Source: Holophagales bacterium (lineage in GTDB: Bacteria; Acidobacteriota; Thermoanaerobaculia; Multivoradales; Multivoraceae). Taken from it: a stretch of DNA of 64,000 nt. The notes beneath the pieces were generated by a model. The model was given only the letters and a program-made list of their open reading frames with translations, made no database searches and was not told the origin of the DNA. Positions 28,863 through 37,997 of this stretch are shown here, piece after piece. The stretch is taken from NCBI GenBank assembly GCA_009836625.1, contig VXVC01000004.1:449037-513036 (forward strand), read 5' to 3'. Made by a program: the position numbers and the translations under genes. Every line of letters begins with the position of its first letter. Within the stretch, counting starts at the first letter, position 1.

Positions 28863-30404
28863 TCAACCCGGCGGTCCACCCTGTTGCCTGCCCCGCGGTC
28901 CACCGGACGGTCTTCCCGGCGGCCCCTGCCCGCTCCGGATGCGCTCGATCATTTGGTCGATCTGCTCGTCGCTCATGCCCCGCTCCTTCATGCGGGCCCG
29001 CATCATCTCAATCCGCTCCGGGGTCATCTGACTCGGATCGAATCCTCCCGGCGGACCTCCACTGAAGCCTCCGGGACCGCCCGGCGGGCGAGCCTGCGGC
29101 GCAGCCCGCCCGGCCGCTGCCGCCCCGCCGGCGGCCGGCGCCGCTTGACCGGCAGCGAGCTGGGGTGAGCTTCCCGCGTCCGCAGCCGGAACCGACGTGA
29201 ACATCGTGGGCGCCGCGGCCGGTCCCTCCCGCTCATCGACCGAAATCGGCGTCAGATCGGAGAGACCGTCCTGGCCGACGATCACGACGTCCTCACCTTC
29301 GCGGAGGCCGGAAAGCACCTCCAGGCTGTCGCTCTCCTCGTAGCCGAGTTCGAGTTCACGGCGCCGCGCGACCGTGCCGCCCTCGCCGTCATCCACCGCC
29401 ACGTAAACCATGTCGGAGGTGCTCTCCAGGACAAGGGCCTGCTTCGGAACGACGATCGCGTTCTCGTGAACGTCCGTCTCGACAAACACGCTGGCGAACA
29501 TCCCGGGCCGCAGGCGGCCCTGAGCCTGCACCTCGAGGGTCACCTTGACCGTGCCGGTCGCCGGGTCGACGACCGGGCTGATCCGCAGCACCCGGGCGGG
29601 AAAGCGCACTCCGGGATAGGCCTCGACGGTAAGGTGCGCGGTCTGATCCAGCCTGAGCCGCGGCAGGTCCTTCTCGGGGAGCTGAATCGGGCAGAGCAAC
29701 GGGTCGAAGTCGGAGATCCGGAACAACCGCGCGTTGGTCGAGACGTGCTCGGCGTTCTTGATCACCCGCTCGATGATCAGGCCGTCGAAAGGCGCACGGA
29801 TCACCGTGTAATCCAGCAGGATCTCGGTGCCGACGATCTGGGCGGCCGCGGCCTCGAAGTTGGATTTGGCCAGGTCGTAGGCCTCCTGGCTGACCACCTC
29901 CGCCTGGAACGAATCCTGGGCGCGGTTCCAGGCCAGTTCCGCCTCCGCCAGGTTGACCCGGGCAATGCCGAGCTGCGCCTCGATTTCGGCGGCGTCGATG
30001 CGCGCCAGCACCCGACCGGCCCGTACGAAGTCGCCCTCCTCGACGTTCAGTTCGACGATCGGACCGGTGGTCCGGGCCACGATGTCGACTTCGTTCTCGG
30101 CCTCGAGCGAACCGTTCGTCTCCAGGTAGTCCGCGATGTCCCGGCGAATGGCGCTCGTCACCCTGACCGGGATCGCGGTAGTGGGGGCGCCGAAGCCCGG
30201 CATACCCCCCGGAAAACCTCCCGGAGGACCACCGCCGCGCCCTCCGGGCCGGCCGCCGCCTGGACCACCCTGGCCGGCGCGGGGGTTGTCGCCGCCCGCT
30301 TCGGCATTGGACTGCCCGCAGCCCATGCCCGCCGCGGCCACCGCCGCCATCAACAGAAGGGCGCCGGCCGACCGCGCCTTGCCCAAAGGTACCTTGAGTT
30401 TCAT
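28863..30404 (-). CDS. RND efflux periplasmic adaptor (membrane fusion protein, HlyD/AcrA family) with Gly/Pro-rich N- and C-terminal tails
   Basis: Lipobox AAGMGCGQ, an alpha-hairpin/lipoyl region (RIDAAEIEAQLGIARVNLAEAELAWNRAQDSF) and a beta-barrel region (TVIRAPFDGLIIERV). The true ATG at 30404 overlaps the upstream RND stop (ATGA). Confidence 0.85.
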   Translation of the reverse strand: MKLKVPLGKARSAGALLLMAAVAAAGMGCGQSNAEAGGDNPRAGQGGPGGGRPGGRGGGPPGGFPGGMPGFGAPTTAIPVRVTSAIRRDIADYLETNGSLEAENEVDIVARTTGPIVELNVEEGDFVRAGRVLARIDAAEIEAQLGIARVNLAEAELAWNRAQDSFQAEVVSQEAYDLAKSNFEAAAAQIVGTEILLDYTVIRAPFDGLIIERVIKNAEHVSTNARLFRISDFDPLLCPIQLPEKDLPRLRLDQTAHLTVEAYPGVRFPARVLRISPVVDPATGTVKVTLEVQAQGRLRPGMFASVFVETDVHENAIVVPKQALVLESTSDMVYVAVDDGEGGTVARRRELELGYEESDSLEVLSGLREGEDVVIVGQDGLSDLTPISVDEREGPAAAPTMFTSVPAADAGSSPQLAAGQAAPAAGGAAAAGRAAPQARPPGGPGGFSGGPPGGFDPSQMTPERIEMMRARMKERGMSDEQIDQMIERIRSGQGPPGRPSGGPRGRQQGGPPG

Positions 30405-33400
30405 GCCATCTTTCTCCGCGGAACGGTGACTGCCGCCCGCACAACCCGCTGGACGAAGAGCTTCACGTCGTCGACCAGGGAATAGACCGTCGGAATGACA
30501 AGCAGGGTCAGGAAAGTCGAAGTGGTCAGTCCGCCGAGGATCACCAGACCCACCGGCGCCCAGAACGCAGCCCGACCTTCGGGCTGGCCGAACACCTGGG
30601 GCAGGAAGAACGGCGCCACCATCGGCGACAGGCCGAGAATCGTCGTGACGGCCGTCATCAGGATGGGCCGCAGGCGGTTCTTGCCGCCGAGGACGATCGC
30701 CTTGTCGCGGGCAATGCCCTCTCGCCGCAGCCGGTTGATGTGATCGATCAGGACGATCGCGTTGTTCACCACGATCCCGGCCAGAATGAGCAGCCCCATG
30801 TTCGACGAGTCGGACCGCGGCTGGCCGGCGAGGTACATGATCAGGCCGACGCCGATGAAGGCGAAGGGAATCGACAGCATGATCGTGAACGGCTGCAGGA
30901 AGTCCTCGAACAGGGCCGCCATGATCATGTAGATCAACACCACGGCCAGGATCATCGCCAGTACGGCGCGGGACGCGTCCTCCTCGGCCTCCATGAACCG
31001 CCTGCCGAGAGACCATTCGTAGCCCGGCGGCAGCGGTACGTCGGCGAGGGCCATCTGGACCGGCCGCCGGAGCATGAAGCCCGGCGTGCCGCCAGCGGCC
31101 GTCACGTCGATCTCCACCTTGGAGCGGCGGTTCTCGCGCTCGACCTCGGACGGGCCGCTCTGCACGCGGAAGGAGGCCAGGCTCGAGATCGGCAAGGTCA
31201 CACCGGCGCCCTCGCCGTTCGGGTCCGCCACCTGAACCGGCATCTTCTTCAACTGATCGAGTGTCTCCCGGTCCTCCTCCCGGTACTGCATGACCATGCC
31301 GATCTCACGCTCCGCGGTCTTGAAGTACGCCAGCGAACGACTCGACAGAGCGCCATTGACCGTCATCGCCACCGCCTGGCTCGACAGACCGCCCTGGAGG
31401 GCGCGCTCACGATTCACCGACACCCGGATCTCGTCGTCGCCGCTCTCGAACGAGTTGTCGATGTCGCCCACGATGGGAATCTGACGCAACCGTTCGGTGA
31501 TCCGCGGCACGAGGAGCTCGAGAGTGCCGACATCGTCGCCGATCAGCTCCACGTCCATCCCGGATCTCCCGGAACCCGGAGGGCCGAACTCGGTGCGGGC
31601 AAGCTTGAACAGCACGCCGACCCGCCGCGGCATCGCCTCCCGGATGAGTTCCGTGACCTCGTCGGTGGACAGCTCCGAGACCTCCTCCGGCTTGAGATAG
31701 ACCTCGAAGCGGTTGCCGCCGCCGTATCCCCGGCTGCGGCCACCGCCCCGCCGCACCTGGTGGGCGATGTCGGCGATCTCCCACTCGTCGCGCCTGGAAT
31801 CGAGCATCGCGTAGACCTCGTCGTAGAGAGCCAGGCGCTCCTCCATTCCCATCTGCCGCGGCGTTTCGACGAACACGGTCAACGCCCTGCCCTGGGATGG
31901 CTGGTTGAAGCTCCGTTCGATGCTGTTGTAGAGCACCCAGGAACCGTAGAGCAGCGCTCCGATGACCATCGTGAAGACGAAGCGGTGGCGGAGCGTGAAC
32001 CCCAAGGTTCGCCCGTAGAGCTCGTTCATTCGGTCGAGCAGCTTGAAGCGGCGCTTGCTCTCCGACCTCAGCAGGATCGCCGCGATCATCGGCACCACGG
32101 TCAGGGAGATGACCAGGGAGCCGAGCATGACCACGCAGACCGTTGTGCCGATGTCGCCCATGAAGCGCGAGAAGCTGCCCGGTCCGCCGCCGCCGCTGCC
32201 GAAGAAGATGAGCGGAACGAACACGCACATCGTGGTCATCGTCGAGCAGATGATGGGCATCGCCACGTCGCTGGCGCCGCCCAGGGCGGCGTACTTGGCG
32301 TTCGCGCCGAGTTCCTGGCGGTGCCGGAAGATCGACTCGATCACCACGATCGAATTGTCGAGCAGCATTCCGATCGCCAGCATCAATCCCATCAGGCTCA
32401 TCACGTTCAGCGTGATTTCGGTGACGCCTGCCTGACGACCGAGGTACATCATCACGAAGGTCATGACCAGCGACAGCGGTACCGCCAGCGCCACCAGCAG
32501 CGTGGTGCGGAACTTGCGCAGGAACAGGAACATGAAGACGATCGCCAGGCCGCCTCCGATCAGGCCGCTGCGACCCAGTTCGGTCAGCCCCTGGCGCACG
32601 TCGACCGAGGTGTCGTGGAAGTGGCGGAACTCGAGGCCTTCACCTTCGGGCGTCTGCTGAATCGCCGCCAGCTCGGTCTTGACCCGGTTGACGACCTCCA
32701 GCAGGTTGGCGTCCGAGGCCTTGTTCACGCTCAGGTTGATCGCTTCCGTGCCGTTCAGGAAGTTGTACTCGTACTTGTCCGGATAGCCGAACTTGACGTC
32801 GGCGACATCGCCCACGCGCAAGCCGTCGCCTCGGATCGGCAGATCCCGGATCTCGTCCGGTGCCCGAAACTCGCCCACGGTGCGAACCAGCAGACGGCGG
32901 CTGCCCTCGCGCAGGTAACCGCCCGAGACGTTCACATGGTTGTCCTGCAGGGTCTGGCGCAACTCCCGCACATCCACGCCGTGGGCCGCCATGCGGTCGG
33001 GCAGCAGCTCGATCCGCAGCTCCCGGCTCAGCATGCCCCAGACTTCCGCCTGCGCCACGCCCTCCAGCCGCTCGATCCGCGGCAGGAGCACGTCCTCGAC
33101 GAAGTCGTTCAGCTCGTCCTGGTCCCACGGCGCGCTGAGACTGCTGCGGAGGACCGGAATGTCCGTGCTCTCGAAACGACGGACGTAGATCTGTTCCACG
33201 TCGCTCGGCAGTTCGTTGCGCACCCGGTCGATCCGGTCCCGCACGTCGACGGCCGCCAGCTCCATGTCCGTCCCGTCCTGGAACTCGATGTCCACCGAGG
33301 CGGAGCTGCCGCTCGCCCGCGAGCGGAGTAGCCGAACGCCGTTGATCGTTCCCAGGCTGTCCTCCAGCGGCCAGATGATCGACCGCGCGATCTCCTCCGG

Positions 33401-33676
33401 CGACGAGGACTGATAGGGGACCCGCACCGAGATGTTGGACGACTGGAACAGGGGCAGGAACTCCAGCGGCAGGCGCGTCAGCGACAGCCAGCCGAGCACC
33501 AGGACGCCGAGCGTTGCCATGAACATGGTCACCCGCCGCTCGACGGCGAAGCGGATCAGCGGATGGACGGGAACGTGTGCCGCCGCCTCCTGGAGCGCCG
33601 CCTCCTGCTCCTCGGGCCCCGCGCGCAGGCCGGCTTCCTGCGATTCCATCCCGACCTCCTTTTCGTCGGCGCTCAC
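30401..33676 (-). CDS. RND efflux transporter permease (AcrB/CzcA superfamily), first RND of the operon
   Basis: 1091 aa and a paralogue of the 25505-28828 gene (GMLLDNSIVVIESI; conserved periplasmic loops). It has an N-terminal extension of about 40 aa. Its start overlaps the stop of the LTXXQ gene. Confidence 0.9.
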   Translation of the reverse strand: MSADEKEVGMESQEAGLRAGPEEQEAALQEAAAHVPVHPLIRFAVERRVTMFMATLGVLVLGWLSLTRLPLEFLPLFQSSNISVRVPYQSSSPEEIARSIIWPLEDSLGTINGVRLLRSRASGSSASVDIEFQDGTDMELAAVDVRDRIDRVRNELPSDVEQIYVRRFESTDIPVLRSSLSAPWDQDELNDFVEDVLLPRIERLEGVAQAEVWGMLSRELRIELLPDRMAAHGVDVRELRQTLQDNHVNVSGGYLREGSRRLLVRTVGEFRAPDEIRDLPIRGDGLRVGDVADVKFGYPDKYEYNFLNGTEAINLSVNKASDANLLEVVNRVKTELAAIQQTPEGEGLEFRHFHDTSVDVRQGLTELGRSGLIGGGLAIVFMFLFLRKFRTTLLVALAVPLSLVMTFVMMYLGRQAGVTEITLNVMSLMGLMLAIGMLLDNSIVVIESIFRHRQELGANAKYAALGGASDVAMPIICSTMTTMCVFVPLIFFGSGGGGPGSFSRFMGDIGTTVCVVMLGSLVISLTVVPMIAAILLRSESKRRFKLLDRMNELYGRTLGFTLRHRFVFTMVIGALLYGSWVLYNSIERSFNQPSQGRALTVFVETPRQMGMEERLALYDEVYAMLDSRRDEWEIADIAHQVRRGGGRSRGYGGGNRFEVYLKPEEVSELSTDEVTELIREAMPRRVGVLFKLARTEFGPPGSGRSGMDVELIGDDVGTLELLVPRITERLRQIPIVGDIDNSFESGDDEIRVSVNRERALQGGLSSQAVAMTVNGALSSRSLAYFKTAEREIGMVMQYREEDRETLDQLKKMPVQVADPNGEGAGVTLPISSLASFRVQSGPSEVERENRRSKVEIDVTAAGGTPGFMLRRPVQMALADVPLPPGYEWSLGRRFMEAEEDASRAVLAMILAVVLIYMIMAALFEDFLQPFTIMLSIPFAFIGVGLIMYLAGQPRSDSSNMGLLILAGIVVNNAIVLIDHINRLRREGIARDKAIVLGGKNRLRPILMTAVTTILGLSPMVAPFFLPQVFGQPEGRAAFWAPVGLVILGGLTTSTFLTLLVIPTVYSLVDDVKLFVQRVVRAAVTVPRRKMA

Positions 33677-34263
33677 CGGCAGTCACCCGGCGAGTCGCCG
33701 TCACCGTGGCGCCCGCGACCACGGCCATCGTGGTCTCGGTCTCCGTGCCGCCGACTCCGGTCCCACAGGTCACGACGCATCTCGTCGAAGCGAACCGCCT
33801 GATCCGGGCGCAGCAACTCCCCCACCTGGCGGTGGAACTCTCTCTGCAGGGCGCAGAACTCGTCGCGGGCCCCGGTCCAGTAGAGGCGGCCTCGCACCAT
33901 CGCCTCGCCGACGATCGGCTCGAGCGCCGCGATCTGCTCCGGATCGAGTTCGAGGTGTCGCGCCATGCGCCGAGTCACCTTCGCCCTGTACTCGGCGTCC
34001 TCCTCCGAACGGGCCGCATCGGCAGGCGCTTCCGGCGTCGAACTCGCCGTCGCGTCACCCGAACCTTCCTCCGAGTCGCGGCAGTCGAAGTGGAACGTCG
34101 ACGGCGCGGGAGGGTGTGCTTCCGTTCGCGTTTCCTGCTTCTTGTCGGCGGCACGACGCTCCGGCAGCAGCCGGTCCGCCACCAGGCCGGCCGACAGGCC
34201 CACGACCAGCACGGAGCCCAGCGCGACACCCATCCACAGCTTCGTGGGACCGTTCGACATCAC
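33673..34263 (-). CDS. Periplasmic LTXXQ-motif (Spy/CpxP/ZraP-like) stress protein with a His/Asp/Arg-rich C-terminal tail
   Basis: A signal anchor, an LELDPEQIAALEPIV (LTXXQ-like) motif, predicted helical repeats, and a tail RSRRHGDRDHDGRGRGRHGDGDSPGDC. It is ATGA-coupled on both sides. Confidence 0.55.
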   Translation of the reverse strand: MMSNGPTKLWMGVALGSVLVVGLSAGLVADRLLPERRAADKKQETRTEAHPPAPSTFHFDCRDSEEGSGDATASSTPEAPADAARSEEDAEYRAKVTRRMARHLELDPEQIAALEPIVGEAMVRGRLYWTGARDEFCALQREFHRQVGELLRPDQAVRFDEMRRDLWDRSRRHGDRDHDGRGRGRHGDGDSPGDCR

Positions 34264-34718
34264 CGCGTCCCCAGCGGCTCGTAGAGAACGGCCAGCAGTT
34301 CGTAGCCGGCGTCATCGTCGCTCATCGCCACGGTCGCCACGCCGGCCTCTTCCAGCCCGGCGACGAACGGATCCGGATACTCCGCGGTCACCGGTGCTTC
34401 CGGAATGGTCTCCGAAGCCATGGGCTGCGTGCCGGAACCGAGCGTCGTGACCAGCGCGGCCCCGGCCGCGAGCGCGCCGACGGGCGACAGGCGCAGGGCC
34501 AGCAGCCGCCACGGCGCGGCCTGGTCCCGGCGCTCCAGCCAGGCGTCGCGACGGGCTCCGAAGCCCGCCAGGAACGCCGGCGCAGCGGGCGGCGCCGCGC
34601 ACTCCTCACGCATCCCCTCGAACAGCGCGTCGAGCTTCCCGACCTCCTCCGGTCGGTCCGACCCGATGCGCCGAGTGTCGGTGCGCCGGCCTTCCGGCCG
34701 GCTCTTCTCCTCCCTCAT
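34260..34718 (-). CDS. Putative anti-sigma factor (single-pass membrane protein)
   Basis: 152 aa with a central TM helix (WRLLALRLSPVGALAAGAALVTTLG). Its start ATG overlaps the ECF sigma stop (ATGA). There is no zinc-finger motif, so assignment is by position only. Confidence 0.5.
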   Translation of the reverse strand: MREEKSRPEGRRTDTRRIGSDRPEEVGKLDALFEGMREECAAPPAAPAFLAGFGARRDAWLERRDQAAPWRLLALRLSPVGALAAGAALVTTLGSGTQPMASETIPEAPVTAEYPDPFVAGLEEAGVATVAMSDDDAGYELLAVLYEPLGTR

Positions 34719-35392
34719 CACGTACCTCCCCCTCCCCTGGAGTCCGGCTCGCCGAGCCGGCGCCGGAGCTTCTGCCGGCCCCGATGCACCCGGATCTGCG
34801 CCGTGCCGATCGGACAGCCCAGACACTCCGCGATCTCAACGTACTTCATTCCCACCACATCCTTCAGCACGACCGCCGTTCGCTGGCTCTTCGGCAAACG
34901 CGCCAGCTCGCGCACGAGAGCGCGCCGCAGCAGCCGCGACTCCACGGCCGACTCCGCTCCGGCCGCCGGCAGTTCGGCGAGCGCTTCATCCCCGACGTTC
35001 CGGTCCAGCCGCTTGCCCCAGCGCGCCGACCGGCGCAGCTCGTCGTGGGCCCGGTTGATCGCGATCCGGTAGAGCCAGCTCTTGAACGCGGCCGACTCTC
35101 CCAGGTCCCCGAGCTTCCGGTAGGCCAGCAGGAAGGCGTCCTGGGCCACGTCCTCGGCGACCTCCCAGTTGAGTACGTAGCCGTAGACCAGCTTGCGGAG
35201 CGGTATCTCGTACCGAAGCACAAGGGCCTCGAACGCCGTGGCGTCTCCCGCCGACGCCCGTCGAACGAGTTCGACATCCTCGGAAGGGCCGGTCGACCCG
35301 AGGATCGATTCCCGGTCGGACGCTTTCTGAGCTGGCAAGTCATCATCCTCTCGGTGCAGGGACGACCCGCCGGCGACCCTTGTTTCGCTCAT
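34718..35392 (-). CDS. ECF-family RNA polymerase sigma factor (sigma-70 regions 2 and 4)
   Basis: Region 2 (FEALVLRYEIPLRKLVYGYVLNWEVAEDVAQDAFLLAYRKL) and region 4 (RTAVVLKDVVGMKYVEIAECLGCPIGTAQIRVHRGRQKLR). Start is the ATG at 35392; an alternative GTG at 35416 overlaps the cca stop. Confidence 0.85.
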   Translation of the reverse strand: MSETRVAGGSSLHREDDDLPAQKASDRESILGSTGPSEDVELVRRASAGDATAFEALVLRYEIPLRKLVYGYVLNWEVAEDVAQDAFLLAYRKLGDLGESAAFKSWLYRIAINRAHDELRRSARWGKRLDRNVGDEALAELPAAGAESAVESRLLRRALVRELARLPKSQRTAVVLKDVVGMKYVEIAECLGCPIGTAQIRVHRGRQKLRRRLGEPDSRGGGGT

Positions 35393-35412
35393 CCGGCCGC
35401 TCGGGGAACCGC

Positions 35413-36846
35413 TCACGATTCCGTACCGCCGGAGTTGCCAGGTCCTAGCCCGGCGACAGCCCGGCGCCGGAGCAGCGAATCGAGGAAGCGCAGGCCCGCG
35501 GTCCTCCCCTCGAAAGCGCCGTCCAACTGTGCCTGGTAGCAGCGATCGACGAGAACGCCAATCTCGGGACCGGGCGAAAGACCACGGGCGATCAGGTCGC
35601 GTCCGAGCACGAGCCGGGTCGGCGCCTGGTCCCTGATCCTCAGAGCTTCCGCCCGCGAAAGCAGCCAGTCGCAGTCCTCGCAGTCCGCTGGCGGCAGCGG
35701 CGGACGGCCCCTGGCGTCGGCGCGCGCGACCCGCACCAGACGGTCGATCCGTTTCACCCGGTGGGCCAACCGGCGAACGGCGGCGTCCCCGGCGCCCCCC
35801 TGATAGAGCTGCCGCGGCTTGAGGTGGTCGACGACGAGCCGCACCACGTCGTCAACCAGCCCGCGCTGGTTCGTGAGCCGGGCCATGAAGCTCCGGGTGG
35901 GCCCCTCGCCGGCCGCCTCATGGCCGCGGGAACGCAGTCGGCCGTCGACGAATCTGGTCGTCGCGGGCTTGCCCAGGTCGTGGCAGACGCAGGCCAGTCC
36001 GACCACCAGGTCCTCCTCCTCGTCGCCCAGGCGCTCGGTCGCGAAGGCGTCCAGAACGTGCCCCGTATGGCTCCAGACGTCGCCTTCGGGATGCCATTCC
36101 GGATCCTGTTCGCAGCCGACCGTGGCCTGGAGTTCGGGGTAGCCCTGAAGCCACCCGCTCGCCTCCAGGAACCGCAGGCCGCGGCCGATCTCGATTCCCT
36201 GAAGGAGGAGTTTCCGCCACTCGTCGAAGACCCGCTCGACGCTCAGTTCCCGCCAGCCGATCCCGGAACAGAGACGGACGGTGTCCGGGTCCGGTTCGAG
36301 CCCCAGCCGGGCTGTGAGCTGCATCCCGCGCAACACGCGGAGCGGATCCTCCGGGAACCGGTGCGAGGCGTGACGCAACCGCCCGCGCTTGAGGTCCGCC
36401 CTGCCTCCGAGAGGATCCTCGACCCGGCCGGCCAGCGGTTCGTACGAGATCGCGTTGATCGTGAAGTCTCGGCGCTCAGCGGCCTGTCCGACGGTCATGT
36501 CCGGGTCGGCGTCAACGAGGAAGTCGCTGTGACCGGCTCCGACGCTGACCTCACGACGCGGCAGGGCAACGTCGACGGGAACGCCGCGCAGCTTGACGAC
36601 CGAGAAGGCGCGTCCGACCCGGTCGACCCGCAGGCCCAGGTCCTCCAGCATTCGGTCGAGGTCCTTCGGCTCGATCCGGAAGGCCTCGAGGTCGAACTCG
36701 GTGAACGGCCGATCGAGCATCGCGTCCCGCACCGAGCCCCCCACCACGCGGACACAACCGCCCCGCTCCGCCGCGGCCCGGCAGATCTGCAGCACCTTCG
36801 GCCAGGCCGGATGGCGCGCGAGGCGAGAGCCAGGATCCGCAACCAC
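35413..36846 (-). CDS. cca: CCA tRNA nucleotidyltransferase with C-terminal HD domain
   Basis: Pol-beta nucleotidyltransferase head (VVGGSVRDAMLDRP...DFTINAI) and an HD motif (GHVLDAF...CVCHDLGKP). Confidence 0.8.
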   Translation of the reverse strand: MVADPGSRLARHPAWPKVLQICRAAAERGGCVRVVGGSVRDAMLDRPFTEFDLEAFRIEPKDLDRMLEDLGLRVDRVGRAFSVVKLRGVPVDVALPRREVSVGAGHSDFLVDADPDMTVGQAAERRDFTINAISYEPLAGRVEDPLGGRADLKRGRLRHASHRFPEDPLRVLRGMQLTARLGLEPDPDTVRLCSGIGWRELSVERVFDEWRKLLLQGIEIGRGLRFLEASGWLQGYPELQATVGCEQDPEWHPEGDVWSHTGHVLDAFATERLGDEEEDLVVGLACVCHDLGKPATTRFVDGRLRSRGHEAAGEGPTRSFMARLTNQRGLVDDVVRLVVDHLKPRQLYQGGAGDAAVRRLAHRVKRIDRLVRVARADARGRPPLPPADCEDCDWLLSRAEALRIRDQAPTRLVLGRDLIARGLSPGPEIGVLVDRCYQAQLDGAFEGRTAGLRFLDSLLRRRAVAGLGPGNSGGTES

Positions 36847-36916
36847 GGCTCTGTTATTCTAAAGAGCCTGCGCCTGGAGATTCCGCCATGAGCCCGTGCG
36901 GCCGAAGGAGGAGACG

Positions 36917-37993
36917 ATGAAGCCGACTTGCGAACCGTGGACCCTGGAGCAGCCGGTGCGGCCCGGACTCTTCGCTGCCGCCCTCTGCATCTTCCTTTCT
37001 CTCGCGCTCGTCGCGCCGGCAGCGGCGCAACTCCCGGGCACCGTATGGGGACAGATTTTCGACGCCACGACCGGAGACACCCTCGAGGGCGTGGAGATCA
37101 TCTTCACGAACCCCGAAGCGCCCACGTTCCGGGAGGTGCACTACTCCGGGAGGAACGGACGGTTCCGGATCATGATCAAGAACGTCGTCACGCACGAGCG
37201 CGGCGGCTTCACCGTCGAGTTGAAGAAGGAAGGCTACGTGACCCGGCGGGTGGGCAACGTCCGCATCCCCGCCCGCAACGAGACGAGGCTCAGCCAGCTC
37301 CCGGGAGGCGGCGACTGGAACCTGACCTCCGAGGAGGAGGCGCTGAAGCAGCAGGCGGCGCAGTTCGAGGCCGCCGGCATCCCGCAGCCGTCCGAGCAGG
37401 TGGACCTGGAAGCGGAGGCCCGCGGCAGCGCGATCAAGCTCTACAACCAGGGCAGCAACGCGTTGAATTCGGGCGACTACGAGACGGCCGAGTTCATGTT
37501 CCAGGAAGCGCTGTCGAAGAAGGCGGACCTGACCTCGGCGATGGGCGGACTTGCCCGCATCTACTCCTTCCGGGGCGACCATGTCCGGGCGGTGGAGTAC
37601 GCCGAACAGGTGGCGGCCGAGGGCGAAGACCTGGAGAACATGAACCAGATCCTCTACGCCGGCTACAACGCGCTGGGTATGGACGACAAGGCCGAGGCCG
37701 CCCTGGCCTCCCTCCAGAGCACGGATCCCGAGAAAGCCGCCAAGAACCTGTACAACGAGGCAGCGGACCTGTACAACGCCGGCAGCATCGCCGAGGCCCT
37801 GACGAAACTGGAGCAGGTCGTGGGGTTCAATCCGAATCATCCCGAGGCGCTCAACATGCTTGGCCTCTGTTACGCCGCGCAGTCGGAGAACGACAAGGCC
37901 CTCGAGACCTTCAGGAAGTTCCTGGAGGTGGCCCCCGACCATCCGGAAGCGGCCACTGCCCAGGCGATGATCGAGTACTTCGAGTCCCTGTAG
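36917..37993 (+). CDS. Secreted TPR-repeat protein with N-terminal carboxypeptidase-regulatory-like beta domain
   Basis: AGGAGGAG ribosome-binding site directly upstream, a signal peptide, an N-terminal beta-sandwich-like region (GQIFDATTGDTLEGVEIIF), then at least 4 TPRs (LYNQGSNALNSGDYETAEFMFQEAL, etc.). Confidence 0.7.
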   Translation: MKPTCEPWTLEQPVRPGLFAAALCIFLSLALVAPAAAQLPGTVWGQIFDATTGDTLEGVEIIFTNPEAPTFREVHYSGRNGRFRIMIKNVVTHERGGFTVELKKEGYVTRRVGNVRIPARNETRLSQLPGGGDWNLTSEEEALKQQAAQFEAAGIPQPSEQVDLEAEARGSAIKLYNQGSNALNSGDYETAEFMFQEALSKKADLTSAMGGLARIYSFRGDHVRAVEYAEQVAAEGEDLENMNQILYAGYNALGMDDKAEAALASLQSTDPEKAAKNLYNEAADLYNAGSIAEALTKLEQVVGFNPNHPEALNMLGLCYAAQSENDKALETFRKFLEVAPDHPEAATAQAMIEYFESL

Positions 37994-37997
37994 CAGC

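Noticed and set aside
30740-33331. 863-aa ORF on the plus strand, rich in Arg, Asp and His
   Set aside because: It is entirely antisense to the RND permease gene 30401-33676. It is low-complexity and has no recognisable motifs. Long antisense ORFs are expected in 70% GC DNA, where stop codons are rare.
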